This document shows, one piece after another, positions 63,847 to 64,000 of a stretch of DNA of 64,000 nucleotides. A program made the position numbers and the translations under genes. Position 1 is the first letter of the stretch. Each line of letters opens with the position of its first letter. This DNA is from Bilabrum cf. latius (lineage: Eukaryota): the NCBI GenBank assembly GCA_965178125.1, contig OZ237765.1, positions 682,001-746,000 of the forward strand. Reading direction: 5' to 3'. The notes beneath the pieces are model-generated. The model searched no databases. It had not been told where the DNA came from and worked only from the letters and a program-made list of their open reading frames with translations.

Positions 63847-64000
63847 ACGGGAAGGATTGCAAGGTGCTGCTGCTGCTACGCTGGGCTTCCGATTTCTGAG
63901 GGGGCTTCCAGGTCGCGTGCATGCGTGCGTTCTATTCTATAACTAGATCTAGAGTCGGCTATGGTTGCACTGCACTGTTGCTACGATACAATTTTTCGGC

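Noticed and set aside
1-64000. Pseudogene cluster, C-to-T hypermutation or sequencing error as the cause of internal stops
   Set aside because: These would also create TAA, TGA and frameshifts. Only TAG is seen, frames stay intact over up to 6.7 kb and catalytic motifs are preserved.
1-64000. Ciliate-type code (UAA and UAG both Gln)
   Set aside because: No internal TAA was found against about 125 TAG, although CAA is commonly used. TAA appears only at two plausible termini and outside coding sequence.
1-64000. A-to-I editing (UAG to Trp) or pyrrolysine
   Set aside because: TAG does not fall at conserved Trp positions, occurs in tandem and in low-complexity tracts, and no pyl or methyltransferase context is present.
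1-64000. Prokaryotic or phage origin (UAG=Gln recoding is known in some phages), transposons, tRNA/rRNA genes
   Set aside because: Spliceosomal introns and eukaryote-specific genes (PI-PLC, SUZ12, TTP-like, DTL-like) indicate a nuclear genome. I recognised no transposase, terminal repeats or structured RNA genes by eye.

Overview
This is eukaryotic nuclear DNA, not prokaryotic: GC-rich, gene-dense and protist-like, with short GT-AG introns and no operons, mobile elements, RNA genes or CRISPR. The main result is a non-standard genetic code in which UAG encodes glutamine while UAA and UGA remain stops. When TAG is read through, the fragmented ORF track collapses into about 20 complete genes. 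By my hand count, 19 of the 20 carry about 125 in-frame TAGs and no internal TAA/TGA outside predicted introns. The 19 visible termini are TGA (17) or TAA (2). TAG sits at conserved Gln positions (CCCH finger C-Q-FAHG, reelin-like FRWI-Q, a polyQ tract, CAG in a paralog). Recovered genes: an ankyrin-like protein, an F-box-like multipass protein, phosphoinositide phospholipase C, a tristetraprolin-like CCCH protein, an ADP-ribosylglycohydrolase-family protein, four tandem paralogous type I membrane proteins flanking an SGNH hydrolase, MOCS1A/MoaA, two ankyrin-tail paralogs, a Tudor-like/OTU/UIM deubiquitinase, DTL/Cdt2, a secreted protein, a membrane-anchored penicillin acylase-family Ntn hydrolase, a RING + reelin-like multipass protein, a very large SUZ12-like PRC2 subunit and a Mn-type CDF transporter. 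All gene models were built by eye, so starts and introns need transcript support. The organism cannot be identified from this window.
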